A program made the position numbers and the translations under genes. From the human T2T-CHM13v2.0 reference genome, Homo sapiens, in the NCBI GenBank assembly GCA_009914755.4, contig CP068257.2, positions 31,488,001 through 31,552,000 on the forward strand: 64,000 nt of DNA, given 5' to 3'. The notes below the pieces were generated by a model. The model was not told the DNA's origin. It made no database searches and was given only the letters and a program-made list of their open reading frames with translations. This document shows, piece by piece, positions 48,516 through 62,215 of this stretch; positions within the stretch are counted from its first letter, which is position 1, and the number at the start of each line of letters is the position of its first letter.

Positions 48516-49241
48516 TAGTTTCTCTCCTGAAGGAACTCAGATAAACAGGGCATTGCTTCACAGAGGAATCAGGCCACAGTGGGGATAAGCAGAGCACCAT
48601 AGCAGGGCACCAGCAATGGCCACAGATTATGCTCACATCAAGGCTTAAAGAACATGTGGACATCAGCCAGGCCAAAGAAGGTGGTGGCATCCAGGCAAGA
48701 GCATGACCAAAAGCACCCAGACATGAAACAGTGTGGCACGTGCACACAAACTGAAAGCAGCTTGGAGCCAACACGCTATTGAACAGGAGGAAGAAATGAA
48801 ATATGAGGCAGGAAAGAGAGGGTGGGAGAGGCCAGCTGATGAGATGTTTCGTGTTCCATGCTATAGAGCTTGGAATTTATTCTGTAGGCAATGAGATGCT
48901 TCTTCTCTAGGACTTAAAGCAGAAAAGTGGCATAGATAGATTTTCATTTAATACAGACCATCCTGGCTAAAATGTGTCAATGGATTACAACAGAACAAGA
49001 TTAGAGGCAAATCAACTAGGTACCTGCTGTGAGCAGTCCAGATGAGAGGTGGTGCAGCTGTGACTTAGGGAAGTGGTGCTGGATGGGAAGGAAGAGACTT
49101 GGGGAGTGTTCCAAGGGTGTCCGCGCTTGAGCTCCCCACAGAAGCAGGACCTGTGACAAGGGCTGATGTGCAGGCTGTTTAGGAATTGATGCCAAGTAAC
49201 AGCAATGGGGGCTGGGAGGAGTGAAAGAGGGAGGTGGGCTT

Positions 49242-49350
49242 GGTGTGGTGGCTCACACCTGTAATCCCAGCACTTTGAGAGGCTAAGGCAGGAGAATCGC
49301 CTGAGGCCAGGAGGCCAAGACCAGCCTGGGCAACACAGGGAGACCGCATC
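49242..49350 (+). mobile_element. Alu-like monomer fragment (FLAM/FRAM-type)
   Basis: 'gcttggtgtggtggctcacacctgtaatcccagcactttgagaggctaaggcaggagaatcgcctgaggccaggaggccaagaccagcctgggcaacacagggagaccgcatctcaacaaaaag'. Confidence 0.55.
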
Positions 49351-49755
49351 TCAACAAAAAGTTTTAAAAATTAAAAATTTTAAAAATAGTGGGAGGAGAA
49401 AGAAGCATCCCAGTGTGGTGTTATTGGCCTGGTTACCTCCATGGGCTGCTGGGACTGGATCCCCTGGAGACCCCCTGAGGAAGCGTGTGAAAGATGCCTC
49501 AGAATTGTCCACCCAAGACATGGATGGAAGACAGATGAGCTCATCAGCTCCTGCCCCTATTGGTCAAAGTTTTCCCCCAAGGAAAGCCACCTCCCTTGAG
49601 CTTCCAAGTTTACACACAAGCCAGTATAGCTAAGCAAGTCCCCGCAGGCTTGGACAGAAAGCCTGCCACAGCAGATACCCACTGCCACAGCTGTCAGGTG
49701 ACAGCTTGTTGTTGCGGTTGTCAGAGCAACGCCCAGGAGCAAAAAAGGCGAGCCA

Positions 49756-50050
49756 GGTCAGGCGCAGTGGCAAACTCCTGCAATCCCAGCAATTTGGGAA
49801 GCCAAGGCAGGAGGATTGTTTGAGGCCAGGAGTTCAAGACCAGCTTGGGCAAGAAAGAGACCCCTGTCTCTACAAAACATAAAAAATTAGCCAGGCATGG
49901 TGGTGCGTGCCTGTGGTCCCAGCTACTCAGGAGGCTGAGGCAGGAGGATAGCTTGAGCCCAGGAGGTCAAGGCTGCAGTGAGCCATGGTCGTGCCAGCAC
50001 ACCCTAGCCTGAGTGATAGAGCGAGACCCTGTCTCTAAAAACTTAAAGAA
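49756..50050 (+). mobile_element. Alu SINE (AluJ-like)
   Basis: 'gccaggtcaggcgcagtggcaaactcctgcaatcccagcaatttgggaagccaaggcaggaggattgtttgaggccaggagttcaagaccagcttgggcaagaaagagacccctgtctctacaaaacataaaaaattagccaggcatggtggtgcg...ctctaaaaacttaaagaaaaaaa'. Confidence 0.85.
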
Positions 50051-53049
50051 AAAAACGGTGAGCCAAGAGCATGTGAAAGGAGCGTGAAAGGAGCATGAAA
50101 GGGAGGTGGGCAGAAGAAGCTGGTTGGATAGAGGAAGTGAAAGGAAGAGGCGCATTTGTACAGACAGCCGCCCTTCTGGACCGAGTAACCACGTGGAGAG
50201 TGGTTCTCCATCCACCCACATAGGACGCACAAGGAAAAGAAGAGGTTCCCAAAGATAAGGGATTTCATGGGGAAAATACCTCATCGAATGGACTGCGACC
50301 CTCAAGGGAAGATGTTCCATAAGCTCGGCGCGAGTCAGGCAGTAGGGAGAGGTCTTGAGATCACAGGTGAAGTGAAGGCTCCCAGGAAGGGTGATTGCAG
50401 GGCGAGGGCCTCCTGACCTGGAGACAGGGCCCCAAGGAACAGTCATACGAAGAGGGCAGAGGACAAATGAAGAGGGAGTGGACAGAAAGAGAAATGGGAG
50501 GAGAGCCATGTGCCAGGAGCCAAGTGATTTAAATGCAGGTGTAGTGCCCTGGAGAGTTCCATGTGTAAGAACAAGTAAATCATTGTTGCTTACCTCTCCC
50601 TTGAAAAAAAAAAAATACCCTGCTTCTTGTCCTAAGTTCCCAGGCTCTCTTTTTGCCTACTCCCTCCCCAGTTGCTGAGTCCAGTCAACCCTCCTGCTAC
50701 AGTATCCCCTATAGCGCCATTCACCTGCCCTCCTCTGCTCCCTTGGCCAACATCTAGGTTCAGAACCTCATTGTCTCTCTTCTGGTCTGTCCTGCCTCCT
50801 CCTCCCTCTGCTGCTGTCCATCCAGGTGGATTTTCCTAAAGGGAAAAGGTGCACTTGAGGGCAAATTTCTCTTGGCCATGCACTTAGGAGGGGGATTTCT
50901 GGGTAAAGGGGTAAGTTCACTGCTTTTCTAATTCTCTACTTTTTCCTTATCCTCACCCATAAATCTTACAACCCCCTTGAAGTGCAATAACTTTATTTCT
51001 AGGACCTCTCAGAGCCTTTGCCTGTGCTGTTCCCACTTGCCGGGAATGCCTTTCCCTTCATCCCCAATAGTTCAAGCCCCACCTTTTCCTGAGCCCAGCT
51101 CAGATGCCACCCCCTCATCCAGGAAGGCCTCCTTGATACCTCCCTACCAGAATTAATCTCTCCTTCTCTTGTGGTCTGAAGACTCTTGGCTTTCTCCCCT
51201 GTCCTATTTTTGCTTGTTATCACTGACATTGCTTTACACGCTTTTTCTCCTCTGCTGGGAGCAAGGGCAGTTTCTATGTCACAATGCCCCACTATGCCCA
51301 TTAAGCTACAGTGCACATGGTACCCATCCCGAGACCAACATTCTTTTTACACTTCTGTGCTTCTGACCTAGGAAAGTCTTACTTTTCATAGAGTGTCATA
51401 GCTGAGTTGGAAGCTCTTTTCTTAGAGCCTCTTAAAATAATGGCGTGCCTTATAGTCAATGATCTCTTACATTCCATTAAATACAGTAGGAGATGTTCAA
51501 CCAATATTTGCTAAATTGGAGGAGTTAAAGTCATTTTGAGTAGGAGAGGGAATCTAGACCCACTATTTGGATTAGTACAGATTTTAGTGCAACTCAGGGC
51601 TTCTGCAGAGCCCCTCCAGCTTTCACCTGTCCACTTAGTTGATGATGAGCACGCCTGCGAACTCTTCACACTTTCCAAACCCACCAAGGCAGCTTCTCCC
51701 GTAAGGACATGTTTCTTACCTTCAAGACCCCTGTTGCCTCCAGCAGCAATCTCAGTAATGACGTCTACTTCTGTTTCCTGCTTCCTTCTCCCTGACTCCT
51801 GCTTCCTGGAGTCCCCTCAGATAAACCTCCTGTGCCCAAGACCTTGTCAGGGTCTGCATTTACGGGAACCCAACTAAAATTCCAGGACCACCATATAAAG
51901 GTCCCTTTGTCGGGGGCTGGGCCTGCTCTGGATACAGTAGGGAAGTGGCTCCAGGGTCTGCGGCCAGCGAGGAGAGGGTCCGGCAGTCACCAGTGGGAGC
52001 TGTTTCCTCCCGTATTCCTCCCACCTGTCCCTACCTGTCCTGCTGGCGGGGTAAAGAGTGGGATTTACCTCGTGACAGCTGCCTTACAGCCCCATGAAAA
52101 GGCACTTTGGGCTGCGGTTGGGGGGAGCGCATCTCCAGGGATTGCAGGGTAGGAGGACAAGAACTCTCCCTGGCCTGGGAGTCAGGGAAATGGAGAGATC
52201 AGAGCAACACAAGTGCTGGGAACAGATGGGGCTTCCTGGGCTCCAGCGCTAATTAACCAGCTCTGCAGCTCAAGGCCTGGGCCTCATGATAGTAGTCTGA
52301 GGGCCCCTGGGGTGCAGGGTTGAGCACACAAGGCTGCACACAGGCAGAGGGAGAGGGGTGATCCCGGGAACAGCCATCCCTCCATTCCCTAATCCAGAGG
52401 CCGCTGCCCTTCTTGGGCCAGAGAGCAGCAGCTTCTAATACAGATCTGGGCTTCTCACTCAGCAGGTGCCAGGGACCCAAGGAGACAAATGGAGGAAAAA
52501 GAGTGAGGAACTCCTGCCCCAAGGAGGCCGCTGCCACCGCCCACTGGCCGCAGGCCAACTGGACCCCAGATGATAAGCGTGAAACTCCCAGAGGTTGAGA
52601 TTGGGAGACTCTCCTCCTCCCTGCCTTTCATCTTGTGTCCCCTCTCTTGTCCCTTCCTCACTTGCAAGAACAGAACTCATTTGATGTGTTTCCGCTACCA
52701 AATCAGAGCAGTGAGTGCAGAGTTGGGGAGGAAATTGAAGGGAAACAATTCAAACTGTTTCACTGGAGTTGCAGGCGCTGATAAAGGCATCTTCGTTAGT
52801 TAATGAGTTAATTTCTGATAAACCTTAGATACCTAAAATAGGCTACATATTATATGGCCTAAATTGATTCCTAATTAACACTTGAAATGTAATCACAATC
52901 AAGGTGGCTTTTTAAATTGTGGGCAAGAGAAAGAAATACATCTCAGACACAAAACAACCTGTACTTAACACTGCCATAAAGTGGATCAGGCTGTATTTAT
53001 ATTTATGTTTGTATTGAGGCTGATTTTTCTGATTCTCTCCCAGTTTGGG

Positions 53050-53125
53050 TGTTTTATCTCTGAATCCCCAGTGCATAGCACAGTCCTGGCTTGTAGTAGG
53101 AATTAGCAAATATCTGTTGAATACA
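53050..53125 (+). mobile_element. MIR SINE 3'-end fragment
   Basis: 'gaatccccagtgcatagcacagtcctggcttgtagtaggaattagcaaatatctgttgaatacataaa' corresponds to MIR 'gcgcttagaacagtgcctggcacatagtaagcgctcaataaatgttggttatt'. Confidence 0.4.
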
Positions 53126-54040
53126 TAAACCCTCTTTTCAAAATACAGGACCAGAGCATAGAAACAGAATAGCTAATGTACACTCTTTTGTTGAATGGGG
53201 CAAGCACAGCCCAGGTAGCAAGTAAATAGTGACAAAATAATTCTGGAATTATCTCCCATCCACAAGCCAGGATCCAAAATAAATGTCCTTTGTTCTACAT
53301 TGTTATTGTTTTTTAAAAGTCATTTTCTTTTATCTTCTAAGATACTTATGGATAGAATAATATAAAGTCTGGATTTGCTTCAAAATACCTTAGCAGACTG
53401 GGATTATAGATGAGACAAGACCAGCTGTGTGGGAATAATTGTTGGAACTGGCTAGTGGGGACATAGAAATTCATAAAACTATACTGTCTACTTTTGAAAT
53501 TAATTTTCAAAAATATGCTTGAAATTGTCCTTTATAAAAGGTTTTTATTACTCCATGCTAGGAAAAATGTAATTGAAACTAAGTAGTAGAAATGTTAGAA
53601 AAACACAAGCAAACAATTCACAAGGTTGGTGCCATATCCCTTTAGGACATATATGCTCACTGCAGCGCCCACGGGTCCAGTTGGAGAGATGTGATGCTCA
53701 CAGAGCCTGTGTCCGAGGACTTTCTTTGCCGTTATCTCGTGGTTCTGCAAATACACGCTCAAGGCTGCCAAAAATGAGTGATAGTAAATTACCCCGCTAA
53801 TTCAATGACTCTTCTTCAATAGAAACCGATTACAAAGAAAAAAAAGTAGTCAACAATCCTAACAGTATTTCAGCAGTTCTTGGGAACATTTTGCAGAATG
53901 TAAGGGAAGACATTAACAAGAAATTTCTAGCAAAATTCCATTACTTCAAGTAGTCTTGCACAAAATGTGAGGCAGAGGGGGTAAATGTATATGTCCTTAC
54001 TTTTGATGATGCTGTTTTCTTGTTAAAAAAAACATCTTCT

Positions 54041-54395
<355 letters not shown>

Positions 54396-54980
54396 TCAGT
54401 TTTAGCCACTTGTTAAGATTTTTATTCTGTCTTTCCTGTGCCATTTAGAAATTCTGTTGTAAAAGCAATTTAATGTACCTAGAAATTTAAACTTCAATTC
54501 TAATTTCAAAACACAACTAAGTCTCTAAATATTTACTAAGTAATATTCAAATAAATGCCATTTCATCTGAACGGTAAAATAAACCAGCATGCTTGAACAT
54601 TTTAATGGGCTTCCAAATGCTATCGGAAAGATCAAGCTGTCCTGTCAGAGATCATCCGTGGATTTTCAGGAAATGCACTGCAATGTCACATAACCCATCT
54701 TTAGCCTGGCCTTTGAGCAAGCAAGCAAAACCATTCTGCAAATGCTGAGGCTGTATTTCCAGAGGCATTCCAAAATGACCTTGGAAATGCAATGCAATTA
54801 GTATAATATGTTTGGAGTGGGACATGCTGGAATTAAGGCAAAAATAGCATACATATTATCGCTGAAACAGAAGCGATTTAAGAAGAGAGAGCGCAACTCT
54901 AAAGGATGGACCTAAAATTAAAAGTAGTTTAAAAATACATATGTATTTAAAAAATACACATTAAAAAATACATATGTCTA

Positions 54981-55268
54981 GGCTGGGCGAGGTGGCTCAC
55001 ACCTGTAATCTCAGCTCTTTGGGAGGTGGAGGTGGGAGGATCACTCGAGCCCAGGAATTCGAGACCAGCCTGGGCAACGTGGCAAGAACCCATCTCTTCC
55101 TAAAATAATACAAAAATTAGCCAGGCGTGGTGGTGTGCACCTGTAGTCCCAGCTACTCAGGAGGCTAAGGTGGGAAGATCACTTAAGCCCAGGACGCAGA
55201 GACTTCAGTGAGCTGAGATCATGCCACTACACCCCAGCCTGGGCAACAGAGCCAGAACCTACCTCAAG
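54981..55268 (+). mobile_element. Alu SINE (older, AluJ-like), tail replaced by (TG)/(TA) repeat
   Basis: 'ggctgggcgaggtggctcacacctgtaatctcagctctttgggaggtggaggtgggaggatcactcgagcccaggaattcgagaccagcctgggcaacgtggcaagaacccatctcttcc...'. Confidence 0.85.
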
Positions 55269-55269
55269 G

Positions 55270-55360
55270 TTACATGTATATGTGTGTGTATATATATATA
55301 TGTGTGTGTGTGTGTATGTATACATGTATGGATATACTCATATACATATATGGGAGCAGC
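55270..55360. repeat. (TG)n/(TA)n/(TATG)n compound microsatellite
   Basis: 'tacatgtatatgtgtgtgtatatatatatatgtgtgtgtgtgtgtatgtatacatgtatggatatactcatatacatatatg'. Confidence 0.85.
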
Positions 55361-55769
55361 CATTTTTATGGTGAAAGGTGGGAAAAGTCACACAAAATAA
55401 TATCCTTATTTTGCCAATTATAATAACCATTTATTGAGTACAAATATGGGTTATCTCATGTAATCCTCATCTCTGCTCACCCAGATAACTACTGTATGAT
55501 TTCCACTTTAAGGTGATAAAAACTGATGCCTGGGAAGGTCACGTGATGTAACCAAGGTCATCCATCCATTGAGAAATCCCTCCCATCTCCCAATTACCAG
55601 CCATCGACTGTACTGAAAGCTTATGAATATAAATAGTGGTTTACCCAGCATTCATTCTGAAAGAATCTCTATCTAGTCGTATATTTCAGAATGTTTTTCA
55701 TCTTCCACCCTTTTCTAAAAACACTTTCTCCATCTCCTAAACAAGCACTCAAAACGAATGACCCCTGAG

Positions 55770-56515
55770 GGAGATCTCCATGGACAAACCAAACATTAAC
55801 CTTCTGGAAAGCAGCTGATTATCTCCATATCTGGGCAACTGTGAGTTATACTGCAATGAATATGAGTGCAGATATCTCTTTGAGGCACTGATTTCATGTC
55901 CTTTAGGTATATATACCAGAAGAGAGACTGCGGGACCATGTGGTAGTTCTTTCTTTAATTTTTTGAGGAACGTCCATACTGTTTTCCATAAATTACAATG
56001 GAATATCATTCAGCCTTCAAAAAGGAGATCCTGCCATTTGTGACAACTTGGATGAACCTGGAGGACCTGGTGCTAAATGACATAAGCCAGACACGGAAAG
56101 AAAAATACTGCATGATATTATTTATATATGGAATCCAAAACAGTCAAATACATAGAAGCAGAATAGAATGGTGATTCCCAGGACTCGGGGGAAATGGGGA
56201 GATGTTGGTCGAAGAGTACAGCCTTGCAGGTATAAGATGAACAAGTTCCGCAGACCTAACATACAGCATGGTGACTATAATTAACAATAACGTGTTATAT
56301 ACCTGAAATTGCTAAGACAGTAGAACACTTAAGATCTTAAGTGTTCTCACCACACACACAAAAAGTAACCATATGAGTGATGGATATGCTAATTAGCTGG
56401 ATTGTGGTAATCATTTCATGATATATACATATATCAAAACATCATGTTGTACATCTTAAATATATACAATTTTTATTTGTCAATTACACCTCAGTAAAGC
56501 TGGAAGGAAAAAAAA
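55770..56515 (+). mobile_element. LINE-1 (L1M-type) 3' fragment with internal deletion
   Basis: 'tgcagatatctctttgaggcactgatttcatgtcctttaggtatatataccagaagagagactgcgggaccatgtggtagttctttctttaattttttgaggaacgtccatactgttttccata' is an ORF2 segment. It is joined directly to the 3'-end segment 'tacaatggaatatcattcagccttcaaaaaggag...acttggatgaacctggaggacctggtgctaaatgacataagccagacacggaaagaaaaatactgcatgatattatttatatatggaatc...gaatagaatggtgattcccagg...gtaaagctggaaggaaaaaaaaag'. Confidence 0.65.
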
Positions 56516-57318
56516 AGTAGCTGATTTTTCAGTAGGATTAGAGCCAGGGCTCTCAGTGAGAAGTTCTGCGAAAGGCTGGAATGGACAGGACTTTTTGGTA
56601 GAAATGAAAAGCAATAAACCCACCTGCGGACAACCAAGCAGGTCGTGACATTGCAGGACTAGCAGATGGTACCTAAAATGTCACTGTAGTCTTTCCCACC
56701 TCACTGATTGGCAGCTGTGGCTCAGGCTAAAACCTTGGAGGCATCTTTAACTCCACTCTCTCTCCCTTTTACCTCACATCCAATCTGTCGGCAAATCCTA
56801 AACTTCTAAATATATCCAGAATATGACTGCTTCTCACACCTCCGTTGCCAGCACCTCCGGCAGGGCCCCCATTGTGTGCCGCCTGGATTCTCACAGTCGC
56901 CTCGCTCTGTCTCCCAGCCCTACACAGTCTCTTCTTTGCACAGCAGTCAAAAAGCTCCTTAAAAACCCAAGTCAGATCAAGTCAGCTCCCTGCTCTGAAC
57001 CCTGAACCCTCCAGGGGCTCCTCTATAACATTCAGAGTCGAAGTCAAAGTCTACAATGCTCCGAGGCCCTACACCATCTACCCCTGTCCATCCTTCTGGG
57101 ACCTTCAGCTCAACTTCCCCTCTAGCTGCTCCATTCCATGCATGCCAGCCCCACTCCCCATTCTGTGTTCCTCAAATATGCAGGGCCTTTGCACTAACTC
57201 TGTCCTCCCCAGATATCCCCAGATATCCTCCTGAATCCCCAGATATCCTCCTGAATCCCCAGATATCCTCCTGGCTCACTCCCTCAGCTCCCCCATGTCT
57301 TTGCTCAGACATCACCTT

Positions 57319-58037
<719 letters not shown>

Positions 58038-58796
58038 CTTCTCAGTGAGATCTGCCTCAACTTCCCTATTCAAAATTGTAACATCTTCTGCCCAGCACTC
58101 CCAGCCCCCTACCCTGCAGCATTTTACCCCATAACACTTATCACCTTCTTACCTTTAAATGTGTTCCTTTCCTTACAAAAGCATAGCTTGTAAAATCCAA
58201 AGTCTTGTTTCCAACTAGATATCATCTGCCTCCTGATGCCATGCAAATGCACATAGCACCAGCTAGGAAATATTCTTGTCACAAAAACTTGATCCTGAAT
58301 TTAGTCAAACTTCTCCAGCTAACTTCCACTCACTTGGAATAGAGGGACAAGAGCATGGCACCATAAGGAAGCATGCAGACAAATGCTGAATGTGGGACAT
58401 TCTCCAAGACAATCGACCTGGTCTCTGCAACAAACCAAGGGAAGGGGGATTAAAAGAGAAAATAATGGAGACTGCGGTAGATTTAATAACACTTACAAGA
58501 TATAACAACAAAATGCCATGGGGAGAACCTGCTCAAATCCTGATTTGTGCCAACCAACAATAAAGAGACACTTTGGAGTCAAGTAAGTAAATTTTATTAT
58601 GGACTGAATATTACATCTAGTATATTACCAAAGAAATAGTGTGCACTTTGAGAGGCATAATAACTGTATTATGGTTACATAAGAAAATAGTAACCATTTT
58701 TAGAGCTATTAATATGTACTGAAATGTGTAGAGATTTAATGACATGATTTTGGGGACTTACTTTAAGGTACTTCAGCATATTGAAAAGGGATAAAT

Positions 58797-59075
58797 GGGC
58801 CAGGCATGGTGGCTCACACCTGTAACCCCAGTACTTTCGGAGGCCGAAGCAGGAAAAAAAAAAAATGACCTGGCATGGTTGCACATGTCTGTAGTTTCAG
58901 CTACTGGGGGGTAAAAGAGGGGGTATTCCGAGGTGGGAGGATCACCTGAGCCCAGGGCTGTCGAGGCTGCAGTGAGCCATGATCACACCACTGCATTCCA
59001 GCCTGGGCTACAGAGTTAGACCCTAACTCAAAAACACAAACAAACAAACAAGCAAACAAAACAAGAAAAGAGATA
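58797..59075 (+). mobile_element. Rearranged Alu SINE with (CAAA)n tail
   Basis: 'gggccaggcatggtggctcacacctgtaaccccagtactttcggaggccgaagcaggaaaaaaaaaaaatgacctggcatggttgcacatgtctgtagtttcagctactggggggtaaaagagggggtattccgaggtgggaggatcacctgagcccagg...cctgggctacagagttagaccctaactcaaaaacacaaacaaacaaacaagcaaacaaaacaag'. The left-monomer 3' part is replaced by A(13). Confidence 0.75.
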
Positions 59076-59453
59076 AATAAAACATGTAACAAGATTTGTT
59101 TTTAAATCAGGCCTATTGAGGTTTACATACAATAAAGTTCACCCATTTAAAGTTTGATTAGTTTTGACAAATGCATACAGTTATATGACCAAAACCACAG
59201 CCAAGATATAGGATATTTCCTTCACCCTACAAAGCTCCCTCATGTATGCTGAGATTTCTATAATTCTTGGATCTAGAAATGAGTGTGTGAGGATTCACTG
59301 TATTATTTTCTTACTATTGTGCATAACTTGGAGCAGACCTGGCAAATACGATCTGGAATTTTTCTGGGGGCATGTGATGACTGTAGGACCTAGTGTGCAT
59401 GACAAGTGGACAGATGGATAACTGATTCTGAAACTTGAAAGAGAAGTGTCTCA

Positions 59454-59987
<534 letters not shown>

Positions 59988-60726
59988 TCACCCCAGAAAT
60001 CAAGGGACATCTGAACCTCTCCTACTCTCAAAGACCACCAATAGCCATCCAGTCAGAACCAAGTCCTGTCAATTCCCTCCCAAAATAAATCTCCCACCCA
60101 CCCATCTATGCTTATCCTCCTACTAACCCAAGCGAGGATCCCCTCTCACCTGCATATGTCAACAGCATCCCAATTTGTCTTCCTTTCTTGCCCCAACCCC
60201 ACCCATTCTGCACAGAGCAGTCAGAATTAAAAGGAAAATCAGGTCATGTCACTCTCTTGCTGAAAGCACTTCTGTAAAATAGTTTGGCAATTCCTCAAAC
60301 AATTAAACATAGAGTTGCCAGCAATTCTACTCCTAGAAATATATTCAAGAGAAATGAGAACATAGGTCCACACAGAATCACCATCCAAAGCCCAGACCTC
60401 CCAATTCTTACATTGGGGATTAAATTTCAACATGAATTTTAGAGGAGACGAAAACATTCAAACCATAATAGGACATAAACTTGATTTCTCATTGATAGGA
60501 TGGATGCAACTAAACAGCTCAACAGTGTTGATTAAAAATGCTTATTATGATAGAGGAAAATGGCAGATAGGAGGCAGGACTAACTTGCAGCTCCCACTCG
60601 GATGGACAGAGCAGTGCATGAAGACCCACATCGTCAAATTTTACTCCAAGAACTAACACAGGATCATACCAGGAAAACCAAAAGAAACCACAGACCCTTT
60701 GAAGGCGGTGAATTGCTGCTGCAGGC

Positions 60727-61060
60727 TCTGTGTCCCCTACAAAATGCATATGGTGAAATCCTAGCCCCCAATGTGATGCTATTAGGAGGTGGTGCCTTTG
60801 GAAGGTGATTAGGTGATGAGGGGGGAGCCCTCAGGAATGGGATTAGTGCCCTTGAAAAGGGGACTCCAGAAAGTCTCTCACCCTCTTCCTACCATGAGAA
60901 GACAAGTGTACAACTCAGAAGAGGGCCTCACCAGCCCCCAGCAACGCTGGCATCCTGCTCTCAGACTTCCACCATCCAGAACTGTGAGAAATATGTTTCT
61001 GTTCTTTATAACTATCCGGTCTATGGTACTCTGTTATACACCCCAACAAAGACGGCCCCT
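60727..61060 (+). mobile_element. MLT1-type MaLR solo LTR
   Basis: 'ctgtgtcccctacaaaatgcatatggtgaaatcctagcccccaatgtgatgctattaggaggtggtgcctttggaaggtgattaggtgatgaggggggagccctcaggaatgggattagtgcccttgaaaaggggactccagaaagtctctcaccctcttcctaccatgagaagacaagtgtacaactcagaagagggcctcaccagcccccagcaacgctggcatcctgctctcagacttccaccatccagaactgtgagaaatatgtttctgttctttataactatccggtctatggtactctgttatacaccccaacaaag'. Confidence 0.7.
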
Positions 61061-61074
61061 GTAAGAATTCTGCT

Positions 61075-61478
61075 GTGTGGTCCTGGGGAGGGATTGAGCA
61101 GGACCAGGAGCCATGATTCCAGTGTGTGACCCTGGGGAAGGACTGAGCAGGACCAGGAGCCATAATTTGGTGTGTGACCCTGGGGAGGGATTGAGCAGGA
61201 CCAGGAGCCATGATTCCCGTATGTGACACTGGGAAGGGATTGAGCAGGACCAGGAGCCACAATTCCAGTGTGTGACGCTGGGAAGGGATTGAGCAGGACC
61301 AGGAGTGAGCAGGACCAGGAGTGATAATTCCGGTGTGTGACCCTGGGGAAGGATTGAGCAGGACCAGGAACCATAATTTGGTGTGTGACCCTGGGGACGG
61401 ATTGAGCAGGACCAGGAGCCATGATTCCGGTGTGTGACCCTGGGGTAGGATTGAGCGGGACCAGGAGCCATTGGGCCT
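61075..61478. repeat. 48-bp minisatellite, about 8 copies (one copy with an internal 17-bp duplication)
   Basis: Unit 'gtgtgtgaccctggggaaggattgagcaggaccaggagccatgattcc' is repeated head to tail with about 85-95% inter-copy identity. Around 61290-61335 'gagcaggaccaggagt' is duplicated. It generates the 281-aa, 181-aa and 168-aa repetitive minus-strand ORFs ('LLVLLNPSPGSHTGIMAPGPAQS' repeats). Confidence 0.9.
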
Positions 61479-61649
61479 GGTACATACATATAAATGAGTG
61501 AAGAGAGCAGAAATGTCTGCAAAGCAATCACATAGGAATGAATATTCTTCACATCCCAAAGGAAATGTGTCTTTCCCATTTTTGTTGAGACAGGCAGCCC
61601 TCCCTGGGTGTTTTACTCTCACTTTTGCTAGACTCATAAGTAAAAGAGA

Positions 61650-62215
61650 AATTATTTCTACCAGAAGACATAATTTGCAATTGTTAAGATATGGAAAATA
61701 TGGAACCAGCCCAAATGCCCAACAATCAATGAGTGGATAAAGAAAATGTGGTGTATACATATTTATACATATATATGTATAAATATATATACCACATTAT
61801 ATATTTTTTATATATAATATTTATGTTTATATTTATATTTATATTCCATGGTGTATACACACACACACACTGTGGAATACTACTCAGCCACAAAAAGGAA
61901 CAAAATAGTGGCATTCACAGCAACCTGGATGGAATTTGAGACTATTATTCTAAACGAAGTAACTCAGGAATGGAAAACCAAACATTGTATGTTCTCACTC
62001 ATAAGTGGGAGCTAAGCTATGAGGATGCGAAGGCATAAGAATGATACAGTGGACTTTGGGGACTCAGGGGAAATGGTAGCACGGGGTTGAGGAAGAAAAG
62101 ACTATACATTGGGTACAGTGTACACTGCTCTGGTAATGGGTGCACCAAAATCTCAGAAATCAAAAAAAAATCTCAGAAATTTAAAAAAAATAATAATAAG
62201 CAAAAGTTTTGAATT
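61650..62215 (+). mobile_element. LINE-1 (L1P-type) 3'-end fragment with AT-rich microsatellite insertion/expansion at 61760-61850
   Basis: 'gcaattgttaagatatggaaaatatggaaccagcccaaatgcccaacaatcaatgagtggataaagaaaatgtggtgtatacatat' ... 'ccatggtgtatacacacacacacactgtggaatactactcagccacaaaaaggaacaaaatagtggcattcacagcaacctggatggaatttgagactattattctaaacgaagtaactcaggaatggaaaaccaaacattgtatgttctcactcataagtgggagctaagctatgaggatgcgaaggcataagaatgatacagtggactttggggactcaggggaaatggtagcacggggttgagg...tacattgggtacagtgtacactgctctggtaatgggtgcaccaaaatctcagaaatc' and an A-rich end. Classic L1 3'UTR landmarks. Confidence 0.7.

Noticed and set aside
49967-50509. 180-aa ORF on the minus strand
   Set aside because: It begins inside an AluJ (49756-50050) and continues into unique sequence with Pro/Leu/Ser-rich composition. 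It has no support beyond being open.
61075-61478. CRISPR array (regular direct repeats)
   Set aside because: The repeats are contiguous with no unique spacers between them and the unit is 48 bp. The host is a primate genome full of Alus, and no cas-like ORFs are present. The 49-bp array at 47549-47735 is rejected on the same grounds.
60915-61760. 281-aa ORF on the minus strand (with overlapping 181-aa and 168-aa ORFs), the longest in the track, as a possible novel repetitive protein
   Set aside because: It is exactly co-extensive with the 48-bp minisatellite and runs on into a degenerate L1 fragment. The peptide is periodic at 16 aa ('LLVLLNPSPGSHTGIMAPGPAQS...'). It has no start context, no splice structure and no domain-like region.
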